Below are positions 1-9,465 of a stretch of DNA of 64,000 nt, in pieces. This DNA is from Candidatus Woesearchaeota archaeon (lineage in GTDB: Archaea; Nanobdellota; Nanobdellia; Woesearchaeales; UBA10216), in the NCBI GenBank assembly GCA_016180195.1, contig JACPBS010000004.1, forward strand, positions 103,391 to 167,390, given 5' to 3'. Both the position numbers and the translations under genes were made by a program. The notes beneath the pieces are model-generated. The model was not told where the DNA came from. It did not search any database and was given only the letters and a program-made list of their open reading frames with translations. Within the stretch, counting starts at the first letter, position 1, and each line of letters starts with the position of its first letter.

Positions 1-101
1 AGCAGGGATACGAGTATCTGCTCAATGGTTTCTTCCTGGCCGACTATGATCTTTCCCATCTCTGATTTCAGATCTTCAAATGTTTTTTTGTAAGCTTGCA
101 T
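1..101 (-). CDS. MoxR-family AAA+ ATPase, N-terminus only (runs off the window)
   Basis: Not in the ORF track. Manual translation from the ATG at 101 gives MQAYKKTFEDLKSEMGKIIVGQEETIEQILVSL, a typical MoxR start (IVGQ..). It follows VWA/BatA-type genes in the same operon. Confidence 0.75.
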   Translation of the reverse strand, partial: MQAYKKTFEDLKSEMGKIIVGQEETIEQILVSL

Positions 102-109
102 TTGTCCTA

Positions 110-916
110 TCACCCTTTTGCTATTGCTGTAAAGTAGTTCTTTACTATTTCCTGTTGTTCCTTAGGTATTTTTTCCTCGAACACTGATGCAGTCACTGCC
201 TGCACTTCGCTTGCATAGTTTTCTGAAAATTCCCTTGTTTTGATTTCCTGCGTCTGTCTCACATTTATCGTGTCCCCTGCGGGCCTTATCACGAGATTCA
301 GCTCATCTTCCCCTAGTTTTGCCATTGATGAAACCCCATAAATATCGAACTCGCCCGGGATTATTGCACCATCCTTGTTCCCTCCCGCTCCTTTTCCCGA
401 GGGCTGGTCCGAGAAGTCCAGTGACACGTTTATTTCTGTCGCTATCCTGGCCTTATCTAGGACTGGCTCTGCAAAATCAAGGCTGATTGAAACGGGTGAT
501 ATGAGGAGGATCATGAGGCACAGGAGAGCGATTATTCCTGCCTTCGAAACCAGTTTTCTTTCATCTATGAACTCCGATTCCTCGACATTCCTGAGATCAC
601 CTATGACCTGAAGGTGCAGCTCATTGACAACAGGGTTGTCTGCCATGGAATATTCCTCGGCTGTCCTGAGCTTTTCATTTAGCTTGGGGTAGTATGCCTC
701 AACCTCCCTTACTTTGTCCATTCCAGCCCTTCTCGAAATGTCAAATATGAGGTAGGCTGCTGTGATGGCAAGAGGTATTATTATTGGGATGCCGAATAGT
801 GACATTGCCAAATAAGCGGCAAGGAAGATCATTATTGAGTTGACCATGCCTTCGAATATGGAGGTTTTCAGTACGGAAAACTTGACTTCCAGGAATGCGG
901 CTTTTATTGCTTTCAT
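110..916 (-). CDS. Membrane protein of the MoxR/VWA operon
   Basis: 268 aa, three hydrophobic segments, C-terminal 'IPKEQQEIVKNYF' tail of the kind seen in MoxR/VWA-associated membrane proteins. Confidence 0.6.
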   Translation of the reverse strand: MKAIKAAFLEVKFSVLKTSIFEGMVNSIMIFLAAYLAMSLFGIPIIIPLAITAAYLIFDISRRAGMDKVREVEAYYPKLNEKLRTAEEYSMADNPVVNELHLQVIGDLRNVEESEFIDERKLVSKAGIIALLCLMILLISPVSISLDFAEPVLDKARIATEINVSLDFSDQPSGKGAGGNKDGAIIPGEFDIYGVSSMAKLGEDELNLVIRPAGDTINVRQTQEIKTREFSENYASEVQAVTASVFEEKIPKEQQEIVKNYFTAIAKG

Positions 917-919
917 TTT

Positions 920-1414
920 TCAGCAGGTTTCATTCAGTCTTTTCCTCACTGCACAAACCTCAGACCTTAGGCCGGATATTGTTCCCTGGAGGTCCAGCGA
1001 ATATTGCTGCTGGGTCTTTAATGCGCTTTTTGTTGTCTCTAGCTCGCTTTTTGTGTCTTCAAGGTCTGATTTTACGTTTTTTAGCTCTGATAATGTCTGG
1101 ATGAGCTCTTTTCTGGTGCTTGTCAGGTCTGATGAAATTGCCTCATTGTAGTCTGTTATGTTTGCGTATAGCTGGTCGAATTTCGCCTTCACGGCTGATT
1201 TTAGCTTTAGTTCCTCGTTTAGCTGGCTGAGCTGGGTTTTTTGCTGGGTGAGGTTTTTGTTCATCTGGTTAAGCATGGTGAGCTTTTCATTGTAGCTCAT
1301 AGATAGGTTCTTGTATGTTGTCTGGTAATAAGTGCTGAATCCGGCAAACGCCCCAAGGGTGATTATTATCAGCATGAGCAGGAGAAGGTTTGTGTTTTTC
1401 TTGATATATGCCAT
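920..1414 (-). CDS. Membrane-anchored coiled-coil protein
   Basis: N-terminal TM helix followed by heptad-rich Q/K/E/L sequence. Confidence 0.65.
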   Translation of the reverse strand: MAYIKKNTNLLLLMLIIITLGAFAGFSTYYQTTYKNLSMSYNEKLTMLNQMNKNLTQQKTQLSQLNEELKLKSAVKAKFDQLYANITDYNEAISSDLTSTRKELIQTLSELKNVKSDLEDTKSELETTKSALKTQQQYSLDLQGTISGLRSEVCAVRKRLNETC

Positions 1415-1428
1415 TTTTCAATAGTGCC

Positions 1429-3822
1429 TCACTGGTTTTTTATTCTTTTCGTTTCGATTGCTTTTCTTGCTGCTATCTCTATGAGGAAGATTGACAGCGC
1501 TGAAAGCACAAGAATCCATGAATAGCTTTTGCTTTGTGTTGTTATCCTTTTTGAATCCTGCTTTACTTTGTCAATTATCCCTTGTATGTTGTCCGGTTCG
1601 AAGACCTCCCCGTTGGTTACCCTTACAAGTTTTTCAAGGGAAGGGTTTGTCCCTACTTGGCTTATTTCATTTTCGTAGTTGACTGCGACAACTGCATCGA
1701 AGAATTGGTAGAATCCTGTGCTTTGCGGCTTGTACGCAGCCATGTATCTTCTATCGCCTGTTTTTGTGAAGTTAAGGTCAGGTGATTTTGGTATTGCGCT
1801 TGCTACAATGCCTATTTCCAGTTCTTCTCCCAGGTAGATGTCATCCATCTGCACGTCGAAGTCCTTGTTCCTGCTCAGGTCGCCGACTGCCCAGTTCGTG
1901 ATCCTCGAGAGCATTGCTGAGTTTTGCTTTCCCAGCATTTCGCTGTTCCAGGCAGATCCATCGTCGGTTGATAGCACTGCTATCCTGCCAAGCCCAAACC
2001 TCCAGACTGATAGGATTGGCTCCCCGTTCCCTGTTGTTAAAAGTAGCTGTGACTGGCTTTTTGGGAGGACATAGTTGTAGCCGCTTACTGATGCTGAAAG
2101 CTTCATGTTTTTAGTTATGAAGTGGTGGTTGTCTAATACTTCAAGCTTGAATGTGTCGTTTGCCTTTTCGGATTCGCCCAGGATCATCTTTATCCGTTCA
2201 GTTTCCTTGGGTTCAAAAAAGGCTCCTCCTCCTGCAGCTGCTATGTCCTGCATGTGTCTTCTTTCAGTGTTTTCGCCGACGCCAACGGTATATACCCTTA
2301 TCCCGTTTGCGTTTGCTGATTTTGCCTTCATTATGTCGTCTGCAGGCGGACCTCCGGTGATCCCGTCTGATATAAGGATTATGCTCTTGCTTCCGTGCGC
2401 GTTGGACAGCAGGTCAATTGATGCTGATAAGCCTGATGCGATGTCTGTTCCTCTCCCGTGCGACAGGCTTTTGATATCGTTTTCAAGCTCTGGCTTGTCT
2501 GAAAGCTTTGAAAGTTCTGAAACAATGTGTGGGCTTGACTCGAATGCGACCACGCCCACCATGCTGCTCTTTTTGATGTCATTGAGGATCGAGACAGCAA
2601 GGGCTTTCTCGACTTCCTTTACCGAATTTGGGCTGGACTTGTCGAACATGCTCCCTGTGCTTCCTGATATGTCTATCAGGATGACCACGTTGACTTCTTT
2701 TTTCGGCTCCTCCTTTCCGCTTCCGATAGTTACTGGAAGCAATGCCTCGTAGGTCTTGTATTCGGGTGATTTGTAGTTGTCCCTTTCAAATGAGCTTTTC
2801 CCCCCGATTATGAACAACCCATTACCTGCCAGGACATATTCGGTAAGTTTTTCCACGTTGAGTGATTCAACTTTTATGTCATCTAATATTATGGCTGAAT
2901 ATTGTCCGAATTGTGATGGAAGGGTTTGTGAATATGTCATGTCGTAGATTGGGGTGAAGATTCCTGAAGCAGGGGAATTTTTCTGCGAGATGAAAAGTAT
3001 CTTTGGCTTTGGCTGTACCTTGACTACTTTCATGAAGCGGTTGTTTCCAACGAAGTGATCCTTTGGATCTATTTCCGCAATTATCTTATGGTATCCCTCT
3101 TTCAGTTTTCTTGTGAAAATGAATGTTTTTACCTCGGATACAGCCTCTTCAGCTATCTGCTCATTGTCTACCCTGACTTTTAGCGTGTAAGGCATCATGT
3201 GCCCTGTCTGGGATACGCTCACTTCGAATGTGTTGTCATTATCCGCTGTTGTCTCGGCCGGGCCTTCAATCTTGACCAGGGCGTCCTTGTTTACAGGATT
3301 CAGGTTGATGCTGCTTATGGTCGTGTTTAGGGATGAGGCGAGAAGCATTATGTCTCCAAATGACCTTCCATGGTTGTTGTTTCCGTCCGTAATCAGAAGC
3401 ACGTTGTCATTGCCCTGTATGTTGGCAAGTATCGAGTCTCCTATTGCAGACCTGTTGTGTTCAGCTATCGTTCTTGACGTTACTGGGATGGTCCTGGATA
3501 TCTCCTCAACAAGCCTGTCCGATATGTTTTGGTCATAAATGCTGAAGGAGGAAGACCTGTCAACCAGTATGTTTAGTGATGGATTGCCCGGCATTGTTTG
3601 CCTTTCAAGGGTGAATGGCTGCGCAAGGGCTGCTATCAAAAGCGCGTATATTATCGCTCTTGATGAGAATATAAGTATCCTGTCAAGCCTCTTTTCGCTG
3701 GAAAACCTGAATTGTTCCCTGTAGTCGTCAAACTTTACAAAGTTCCTTCTTGTTATGAAAAACAGTATTACTACTGCGGGTATTATTGCGAAAAGAAGGT
3801 CGGGGTACTTGAAGCTTATCAA
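1429..3822 (-). CDS. VWA-domain membrane protein (BatA-like N-terminus, two VWA domains, GATase-like segment)
   Basis: MIDAS-like motifs DRSSS and DISGST; LLITDG and LISDG; 'WRFGLGR...W' GATase-like segment; N- and C-terminal TM helices. Confidence 0.8.
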   Translation of the reverse strand: MISFKYPDLLFAIIPAVVILFFITRRNFVKFDDYREQFRFSSEKRLDRILIFSSRAIIYALLIAALAQPFTLERQTMPGNPSLNILVDRSSSFSIYDQNISDRLVEEISRTIPVTSRTIAEHNRSAIGDSILANIQGNDNVLLITDGNNNHGRSFGDIMLLASSLNTTISSINLNPVNKDALVKIEGPAETTADNDNTFEVSVSQTGHMMPYTLKVRVDNEQIAEEAVSEVKTFIFTRKLKEGYHKIIAEIDPKDHFVGNNRFMKVVKVQPKPKILFISQKNSPASGIFTPIYDMTYSQTLPSQFGQYSAIILDDIKVESLNVEKLTEYVLAGNGLFIIGGKSSFERDNYKSPEYKTYEALLPVTIGSGKEEPKKEVNVVILIDISGSTGSMFDKSSPNSVKEVEKALAVSILNDIKKSSMVGVVAFESSPHIVSELSKLSDKPELENDIKSLSHGRGTDIASGLSASIDLLSNAHGSKSIILISDGITGGPPADDIMKAKSANANGIRVYTVGVGENTERRHMQDIAAAGGGAFFEPKETERIKMILGESEKANDTFKLEVLDNHHFITKNMKLSASVSGYNYVLPKSQSQLLLTTGNGEPILSVWRFGLGRIAVLSTDDGSAWNSEMLGKQNSAMLSRITNWAVGDLSRNKDFDVQMDDIYLGEELEIGIVASAIPKSPDLNFTKTGDRRYMAAYKPQSTGFYQFFDAVVAVNYENEISQVGTNPSLEKLVRVTNGEVFEPDNIQGIIDKVKQDSKRITTQSKSYSWILVLSALSIFLIEIAARKAIETKRIKNQ

Positions 3823-5582
3823 ATGTCACCCCTCCATTTTATGTAAAGCAGCTCCAGGAGCAGTATTGCCGCTCCTGCGATGATGAGGTATTGTTCAAGT
3901 TTTACATCCCTTTTTTCCTTGGATTCTTTTATGTACAGTGCCTTTTCCTCTTCAAGAACATTGACATCATCCTTGCTTATGTCGGATTCAAGTGAGTTGA
4001 TCAGGCTTGCAGAGACCCTGTTTCCTGACACTGTATAAAATCCTGCCTTTTCAAGATATTGCTTTCCTGAAGAATCCGAGTATATCTTTCCCGTGTTGAA
4101 GTTATATTCCTTCAGGTCTTCTGTTCCCGTGAGGAAATTGATTAGCTTGTTCCAGAAGATTGGATAAGATACTGTTGTCTTGAAATCGCTGTATTCATCA
4201 ATTATTCCATAGTAAATGATTTTCCCATTGCCCTCGTCTTTCATTGTAAGGGCTGCGGATCCGTCCCCCTCGGCGATTACGGTCGCTCCCTTTTTTACCG
4301 AGGCATTTGGCAGCATGAATGATGTCCCAAAATCAACGTCTGACGTAAACTTGTTTATTATGACCGTGCTTATTTTTGAGTTGTTTATTCTTCCTTCCAG
4401 CCTTACTGGAAGAAGAGGGTTGGATTCCACATCTTGCTGGTATGTTATTATTATTGAGCTGCCATTTCTGGCTTTCTTTAGCGAGTCCTGGTAAAAATCA
4501 GGCAAAATGAGCTGATAGGATGCTGAATGTATTATTATTATGTCATGGTTTATTTCAGGTATGATTGGAGGCTCTGCTATTTCCAGTTGTATGTCCTTCG
4601 ATGACTGTAGCGCTGTTTTCAGGTAGCTTTTTTCCGAATTCGTTACAAGCAGCACTTTTATTTTTTTGATGTTTTCAGCAGTTATGTATGCATGGTTGTC
4701 AGTTTCAAGGTCGTCTTTTTCCTCAAGCCTGAGTTCTGTCTGTCCGGAAGGTGTATTGAACTCTATTGTTTCTATGGAGTTGGCGAGGATTTTCTTCATT
4801 ATGTGATTGGTGCCCTGGCTGTTCACTATGCTTAGCGTCGCGGTCCTTTCCTCTTCATCGTAGTTTTTTATTACTGCTGTTGACTTGAGCTTTCCAACGA
4901 TGACATCCACGATTGCAGCATTCCTTCCTTCTGATGTGACACTGATGAATTCTACAGGTATCCCTTTTGATAGCAGTATCCTTTTTGCCACGAGGGGGTC
5001 CGGTCCTTCGGTTGCAATGAAATCGCTGATCACGTAAACCTTCCCGATCCGATTTCCGATTAGATCAGCAGCAAGAAGCATGGAGTCGCCAAGATTGGTT
5101 GATGTATGCCTTGGCTCCAAAGTTGATAGTATTTTGGTTGCCTCTTCCCTGTCTCCATTTTGCAGCACTTGAACAGGATAGTTCTGTGCCAGTATTATGC
5201 TTGTTTTCCCATTTATTTTGCCTTTTGCAATATCTATGGCCTTGTTGAACCTTCCGTTTGCTCCCATGCTGGCAGAAGCGTCAAGCACTATGACCGTGCT
5301 TTCTATGGACTGTTCGCCATACATGGTCGTGAACGGCTGTGTTGTTGAGAATGATAGAACACCCAGTGCAGCAAATTGAAGAAGGAAAAGCAGGCTTCCC
5401 AGGAAGAACAGGAAGAATGTGGATTTTCTGCTCAATCCTTTCTGTTGGATGAAAAACATCAGCGATGGGATGTTTTTTTCCTGGGGCTTTGGCCTCATCA
5501 GGTATAGGAGGATGAGGAGTGCCAGGCTGGTAAATGCATACCAACCTAGATTGTTTATTACGTTTATTCCGAATGGCAGCAT
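3819..5582 (-). CDS. BatA/VWA-domain membrane protein
   Basis: BatA-type N-terminus (LLYLMRPKP...PSLMF), VLDASASM MIDAS, ISDF motif, C-terminal TM helix. Confidence 0.8.
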   Translation of the reverse strand: MLPFGINVINNLGWYAFTSLALLILLYLMRPKPQEKNIPSLMFFIQQKGLSRKSTFFLFFLGSLLFLLQFAALGVLSFSTTQPFTTMYGEQSIESTVIVLDASASMGANGRFNKAIDIAKGKINGKTSIILAQNYPVQVLQNGDREEATKILSTLEPRHTSTNLGDSMLLAADLIGNRIGKVYVISDFIATEGPDPLVAKRILLSKGIPVEFISVTSEGRNAAIVDVIVGKLKSTAVIKNYDEEERTATLSIVNSQGTNHIMKKILANSIETIEFNTPSGQTELRLEEKDDLETDNHAYITAENIKKIKVLLVTNSEKSYLKTALQSSKDIQLEIAEPPIIPEINHDIIIIHSASYQLILPDFYQDSLKKARNGSSIIITYQQDVESNPLLPVRLEGRINNSKISTVIINKFTSDVDFGTSFMLPNASVKKGATVIAEGDGSAALTMKDEGNGKIIYYGIIDEYSDFKTTVSYPIFWNKLINFLTGTEDLKEYNFNTGKIYSDSSGKQYLEKAGFYTVSGNRVSASLINSLESDISKDDVNVLEEEKALYIKESKEKRDVKLEQYLIIAGAAILLLELLYIKWRGDI

Positions 5583-5604
5583 GAAAACTGTATTGACCTC
5601 TTTT

Positions 5605-5874
5605 TTATTTGATGCTTTCAGCGCATTTGTTGGAGCAGAACCTGTATGTTTGTCCCTTTATTTCGCGTTCCACGAAATTTTCCAGCAGAACTTGGCCGCA
5701 TTTTGCGCATTCAGCCATTTTTTTACCTTCTTCATAGCCCTTCATGAAGCCTTCATCTTCAGGGGTGATTTCATCCTCTTCTTCCTCTAGTTTGTTTCTT
5801 TCCTCTTCATCGTAAATGTCCTCTTCATGGTTTTCTTCTGTGTATTCCTCTTCCTCATCCTTCAAAAGAATCAC
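5605..5874 (-). CDS. Small acidic protein with C-terminal TRASH-like Cys4 metal-binding motif
   Basis: E/D-rich N-terminal half; CAKC...YRFCSNKC. Confidence 0.65.
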   Translation of the reverse strand: MILLKDEEEEYTEENHEEDIYDEEERNKLEEEEDEITPEDEGFMKGYEEGKKMAECAKCGQVLLENFVEREIKGQTYRFCSNKCAESIK

Positions 5875-6009
5875 CTCTGTTGTTTATGATGTTCGGAAGC
5901 AGGTTTTTATTGTTTTCCATTACATTTTATAGCAAAATAGTTCGTATAATAATCCGATGCGGTTTTCTGTGTAGAAAAAATGATATCAGATAGTCAGTAA
6001 ACCAGACTA

Positions 6010-6188
6010 ATGGGAGGCAAATCTGTCGGAATAGTTGGATTCGGCCAACTTGGGGGATTTTTAGCAAAGCATCTCAGAAATGATTTTGACATTTTTGTTT
6101 CCGGGACATTCAGGTTTTGAATCCTTATGCTGAAAAAGGAACATTCGTGTCAAAGATTGAAGATATTAGGAAAAAGCTTAAGGATTAA
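6010..6188 (+). pseudogene. Internally deleted prephenate dehydrogenase (TyrA)-like remnant
   Basis: 6010-6120 reads MGGKSVGIVGFGQLGGFLAKHL.. (Rossmann GxGxxG). A second frame, 6099-6188, reads FRDIQVLNPYAEK.., resembling the TyrA C-terminal DIQxxNP motif. Confidence 0.55.
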
Positions 6189-6889
6189 TTTTCATCCCAT
6201 CCAGAAAGATCTTTCTGGAATTCTCCACCTTTCACCCTCTTATATGGCATCCAGCTTTTCCTGAAGATCTCATGATGCGTCTCGTGGTTTTTTTTAAGAA
6301 ATGCCTGTGTAAGCGGGTCTGTAAGGTAGCCTGAGCCAAAATTGATCCCTATTTTTTTTTTGATTTTCCCTATTTCATCCTCCCTTGTGACCTTTGCCAG
6401 TATTGATGCAGCCCCGCATTCAATGTGATTCAAGTCAGCCTTGTGCTCCACAGAAACATCGATCTCCTTGTTATCAAGAAGTTTCATCAGGTATCTCTTG
6501 TAGTTGATTATGTTGTTGCTTGGGCTGTCTATTATTGCCTTCTGGGGCTTCAACGAGTTTATTATCTCTGCAGATTTGTGTGCCTCAAGCCAGTTGAGGT
6601 TAAGGTCATCAGACTGAAGGGCAGCATCTATTTCAGAAGGCTCAATGACAACTATTTTCCATTTTATGGCGATGGTTTTTATCTTGTCAAAAAGAGTTCT
6701 CATCTTCACGATTGACAATAGCTTAGAGTCCTTCACGCCAATTGATTTGAGGCTTTCGCTTCCTTCCTCATCTAACAGGACTCCTGCCATGACCATCGGA
6801 CCTATGATGGGGCCTTTGGGTTTACTTAAGCTCGAAAATCATGCTTAAAGTAATCTACCTGCCTCATCAATGCCGCAAACCACAGTCAT
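6185..6889 (-). CDS. rnhB: Ribonuclease HII, two exons (6889-6855 and 6815-6185), 221 aa after splicing
   Basis: Exon 1 MTVVCGIDEAGR joins exon 2 GPIIGPMVMAGV...GVKDSK...EHKAD...AASILAKVTRE...GSGY.TDP. The ATG at 6889 overlaps the upstream stop (ATGA). The ORF track calls only 6185-6796, which lacks the catalytic D/E. Confidence 0.92.
6816..6854 (-). other. Putative bulge-helix-bulge intron (39 nt) in rnhB mRNA
   Basis: AGGU-AG^A-UUACUUUAAGC...GCUUAAGUAA-ACCC-AA^A. The insert contains in-frame UAA and UGA, and its removal restores DEAGRGP. Confidence 0.8.
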
Positions 6890-7167
6890 ATTGCTATCAC
6901 ATTTTTGTTTAAATTTAATTTCCACATTTTTTTATCGGTCCGTATGACTAAACCTAATTTTTCGAGTTCTTTTAATCTTCGAAATGCAGATTTCCAAGAA
7001 ACGCCCAATTTTTCGGCCAATTCCTTAGTATGTTGACAATCTTCCACCAGAATATTTAAATATTTATACTTTAAATGCGATATAATAATTGCTTTTTTAG
7101 TTTTAATAACCCAATATTGTGAACTTTTAACCCTAAAATTCTCAATAATCATTTCTTTTTTGAGCAT
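6886..7167 (-). CDS. Small winged-helix DNA-binding protein
   Basis: TKELAEKLGVSWKSAFRRLKELEKLGLV HTH signature. Confidence 0.65.
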   Translation of the reverse strand: MLKKEMIIENFRVKSSQYWVIKTKKAIIISHLKYKYLNILVEDCQHTKELAEKLGVSWKSAFRRLKELEKLGLVIRTDKKMWKLNLNKNVIAI

Positions 7168-7322
7168 GGATTCGCATTCTTCAGTCTTTTGGATAATCCT
7201 CTGAGATTATTTTGTTTCCATCAGTATGCTGAAAGTGTCTATGTCTGATTCAGGGATTTTCAGCATCTTGGTTTTTTCGCTAAAAATTCAATGTCGGTTG
7301 TTGCTTCGACGATTTTTTCAAC

Positions 7323-7377
7323 ATAAATTTCGACCTAAATGATGGGGCTTTGAACCCAACGCGAAATTTATTTGTAA
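7323..7377. repeat. Dispersed palindromic repeat, copy A (short)
   Basis: Core GGGCTTTGAACCCAAcgCGAAATTTATTTGTAA shared with 12869-12901 and 49339-49371; inverted repeat ATAAATTTCG...CGAAATTTAT. Confidence 0.8.
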
Positions 7378-7386
7378 GAATCCACA

Positions 7387-8412
7387 TCACACATTCTGCA
7401 TATCTTTAACCAAACAATCCGGAAAATAAGTGTATTTAACCTCATCCAGTATGATTAGCAACTCGCTTCTTTTCAGCACGCCTTTGAGTATGCCCCTGAT
7501 GCCCAAGACTACCTCATTCAGCTTATCATTGGTCTTTGCCCTTATCTCAACATGCATATCGCTGCCTCCCACCGTCCTGTAGAAATAAGTTACATTCGGA
7601 TTTCTTTTCAAAAAGTCTTTTATTGCCACTTCGGCATGCCTTGTCAGTTTCTCTGTCTTCAATATGAGGAAATACCAGTTATAGCCCATCATTTTTGGCA
7701 AAACATCAGGCCTGTATTTCAGTATTATTTTCTTCTGTTCAAGCTTCTTCAGATGGTACTTTACATTGTCTCTTTGTGCTGCCAGCTTTTGAGCGAGTTC
7801 AGATATGCTCATTCTCGCATTTTTTGCCAGTATTTTCAGCAGCTTAAGTTCAAACTCTGTTAGTGCCTCTTTTTCGGGGTTTCCCCTGGTTATGTAATCA
7901 GGATTTCCGATTTTTCCGAAAACAAATGAGAATGGAACTGCGGCTTCCTCTATTATGTAGTCGAAATCATACCCGTCAAAATTTGTTTTGTATTTCTGCT
8001 CAATGTCCTTCATTATTGTTTCGATTTCGGCATAATTCCTGACAAACACCTTTATGATAGCATCATGGTTCCCAATGCATTTGAACAGCTGTGCTACATT
8101 CTCGTGGTTTTTGAGGTAATCAAGGATCTCTTTTTCCTTTTCATAGTCCAAGTCCCTGAACCTTATGAACACAAAGAACAGTTCCCAACCCATTTTCTTT
8201 ATATCAAGGACCGTATTAAATCCCACTATCAGTCCATTGTCCATCAGCCTGTTAAGCCTGTAGCCCACCGATTCCTTGCTGAGCCTTGCCTTCCTTCCAA
8301 TTTCCGACAATGGAGCCCTTGAGTTGTCAAAAAGCGCTGCAATTATCTTTTTGTCTTTCACGTCCAATATTAATTGCTTTTCATGAGCATTGTCAAGCAT
8401 TTCTTGAATCAT
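7387..8412 (-). CDS. Tandem (double) Lrp/AsnC-family transcriptional regulator
   Basis: Two HTH + RAM units: LDVKDKKIIAALFDNSRAPLSEIG.. and LTEFELKLLKILAKNARMSISELA.. Confidence 0.88.
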   Translation of the reverse strand: MIQEMLDNAHEKQLILDVKDKKIIAALFDNSRAPLSEIGRKARLSKESVGYRLNRLMDNGLIVGFNTVLDIKKMGWELFFVFIRFRDLDYEKEKEILDYLKNHENVAQLFKCIGNHDAIIKVFVRNYAEIETIMKDIEQKYKTNFDGYDFDYIIEEAAVPFSFVFGKIGNPDYITRGNPEKEALTEFELKLLKILAKNARMSISELAQKLAAQRDNVKYHLKKLEQKKIILKYRPDVLPKMMGYNWYFLILKTEKLTRHAEVAIKDFLKRNPNVTYFYRTVGGSDMHVEIRAKTNDKLNEVVLGIRGILKGVLKRSELLIILDEVKYTYFPDCLVKDMQNV

Positions 8413-8517
8413 ATAAGGGATTTTTAAAAATTTTTTTCTTATTTGATAAAATTTTTATGGGAAATATTAATATATTCTGACCAATAATTGCTACTATGAA
8501 GTTACAAGGGGGTAAAA

Positions 8518-8967
8518 ATGGGGGAGGAAATGCTGGGGGGAGCGAAATTGGAGGATACGTGTGAGGCATTGGGATATGATATAGTTAAAGTTAGCACCAT
8601 AGTAGACATGCTAAGCTCGCAACCTGACCTGGAGAGAGTAGCCGCCGCTGCTTATCACCTTATAAACTACAACCTTCACATAACCGCCGATTATACAGGG
8701 CAAACAAATATGCATGATGCAACAGAAGCAGGAAAATGTTTTGATGATTTAGCTAAACGTACGGGGATACGCTTTATAGACCCGACACACAGGTTCAGGG
8801 GAGTGAAGTCAGGAATGGTTTATGCAAAAGTCGATGTAACCGGAAAACATGCCAAGAGATATCCAAAGGACGGAATGGGACGGACTCTTTGGAATCAGCC
8901 GTATTACGAGGATTTAAAGGAAAGTAAGTATTTGGAAGTTTTGATCCATTATAGGCGTCAGGAGTGA
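8518..8967 (+). CDS. Hypothetical protein
   Basis: 149 aa ORF with a GGGGT RBS-like element upstream; no recognisable motif. Confidence 0.55.
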   Translation: MGEEMLGGAKLEDTCEALGYDIVKVSTIVDMLSSQPDLERVAAAAYHLINYNLHITADYTGQTNMHDATEAGKCFDDLAKRTGIRFIDPTHRFRGVKSGMVYAKVDVTGKHAKRYPKDGMGRTLWNQPYYEDLKESKYLEVLIHYRRQE

Positions 8968-9082
8968 AAAACCCAAGAAAATGATTCGATAAAGATGTGA
9001 ATATACTTCAAACTAATAGTTGTCAATATCAAGTTACTAAGAGGGATAAAAGCGAATTGGATTTCGTGTAAAATTAAATAAA

Positions 9083-9418
9083 ATGACAACAATAAACAAG
9101 CAGATTACAGCACTTTTGGACGAGATAACAGAGAAGACTGCAAAAACTTCTGGAATTGCAGAAACAATAAATGGATTGTTTTTAGGCGCAAGAGCAATAA
9201 TGAAAGCTAATGATTATTCGCATGCTTCAAGCTATATCCATAATGTAGCTTATGTGGTGGCTTTGGAAATCTTGGTTGATAGTCTGCATCTTGAAGGAAA
9301 ACCAAAAGAAATCATTAATGCTGTTGCAGACGCTCATATTAAGAGAGTAGGGGATCGTGATTATGGTATGCCAGATCTTGCAAATCTACTTTACAAAATA
9401 GTGCATAGAGACAGATAA
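9083..9418 (+). CDS. Hypothetical helical protein
   Basis: 111 aa ORF with AT-rich codon use. Confidence 0.55.
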   Translation: MTTINKQITALLDEITEKTAKTSGIAETINGLFLGARAIMKANDYSHASSYIHNVAYVVALEILVDSLHLEGKPKEIINAVADAHIKRVGDRDYGMPDLANLLYKIVHRDR

Positions 9419-9465
9419 AATAAAATGTATCAAAACTGGATGAAACAAAAATACGGAGAAAAAAA

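Noticed and set aside
6185-6796. ORF-track call of RNase HII starting at MVMAGV
   Set aside because: It lacks the catalytic DEAGR motif, which lies upstream across the 39-nt insert. The internal ATG is not a credible start.
6816-6854. Stop-codon readthrough or recoding as the explanation for the rnhB insert
   Set aside because: It would need both TAA and TGA to be read through and would put 13 residues into the active-site motif. Both codons are ordinary stops for other genes in the window.
7168-7266. In-frame upstream extension of the wHTH gene across a TAA (MLKIPESD..ETK*SQRII..)
   Set aside because: No recognisable motif and no BHB-like structure, so it cannot be told from chance.
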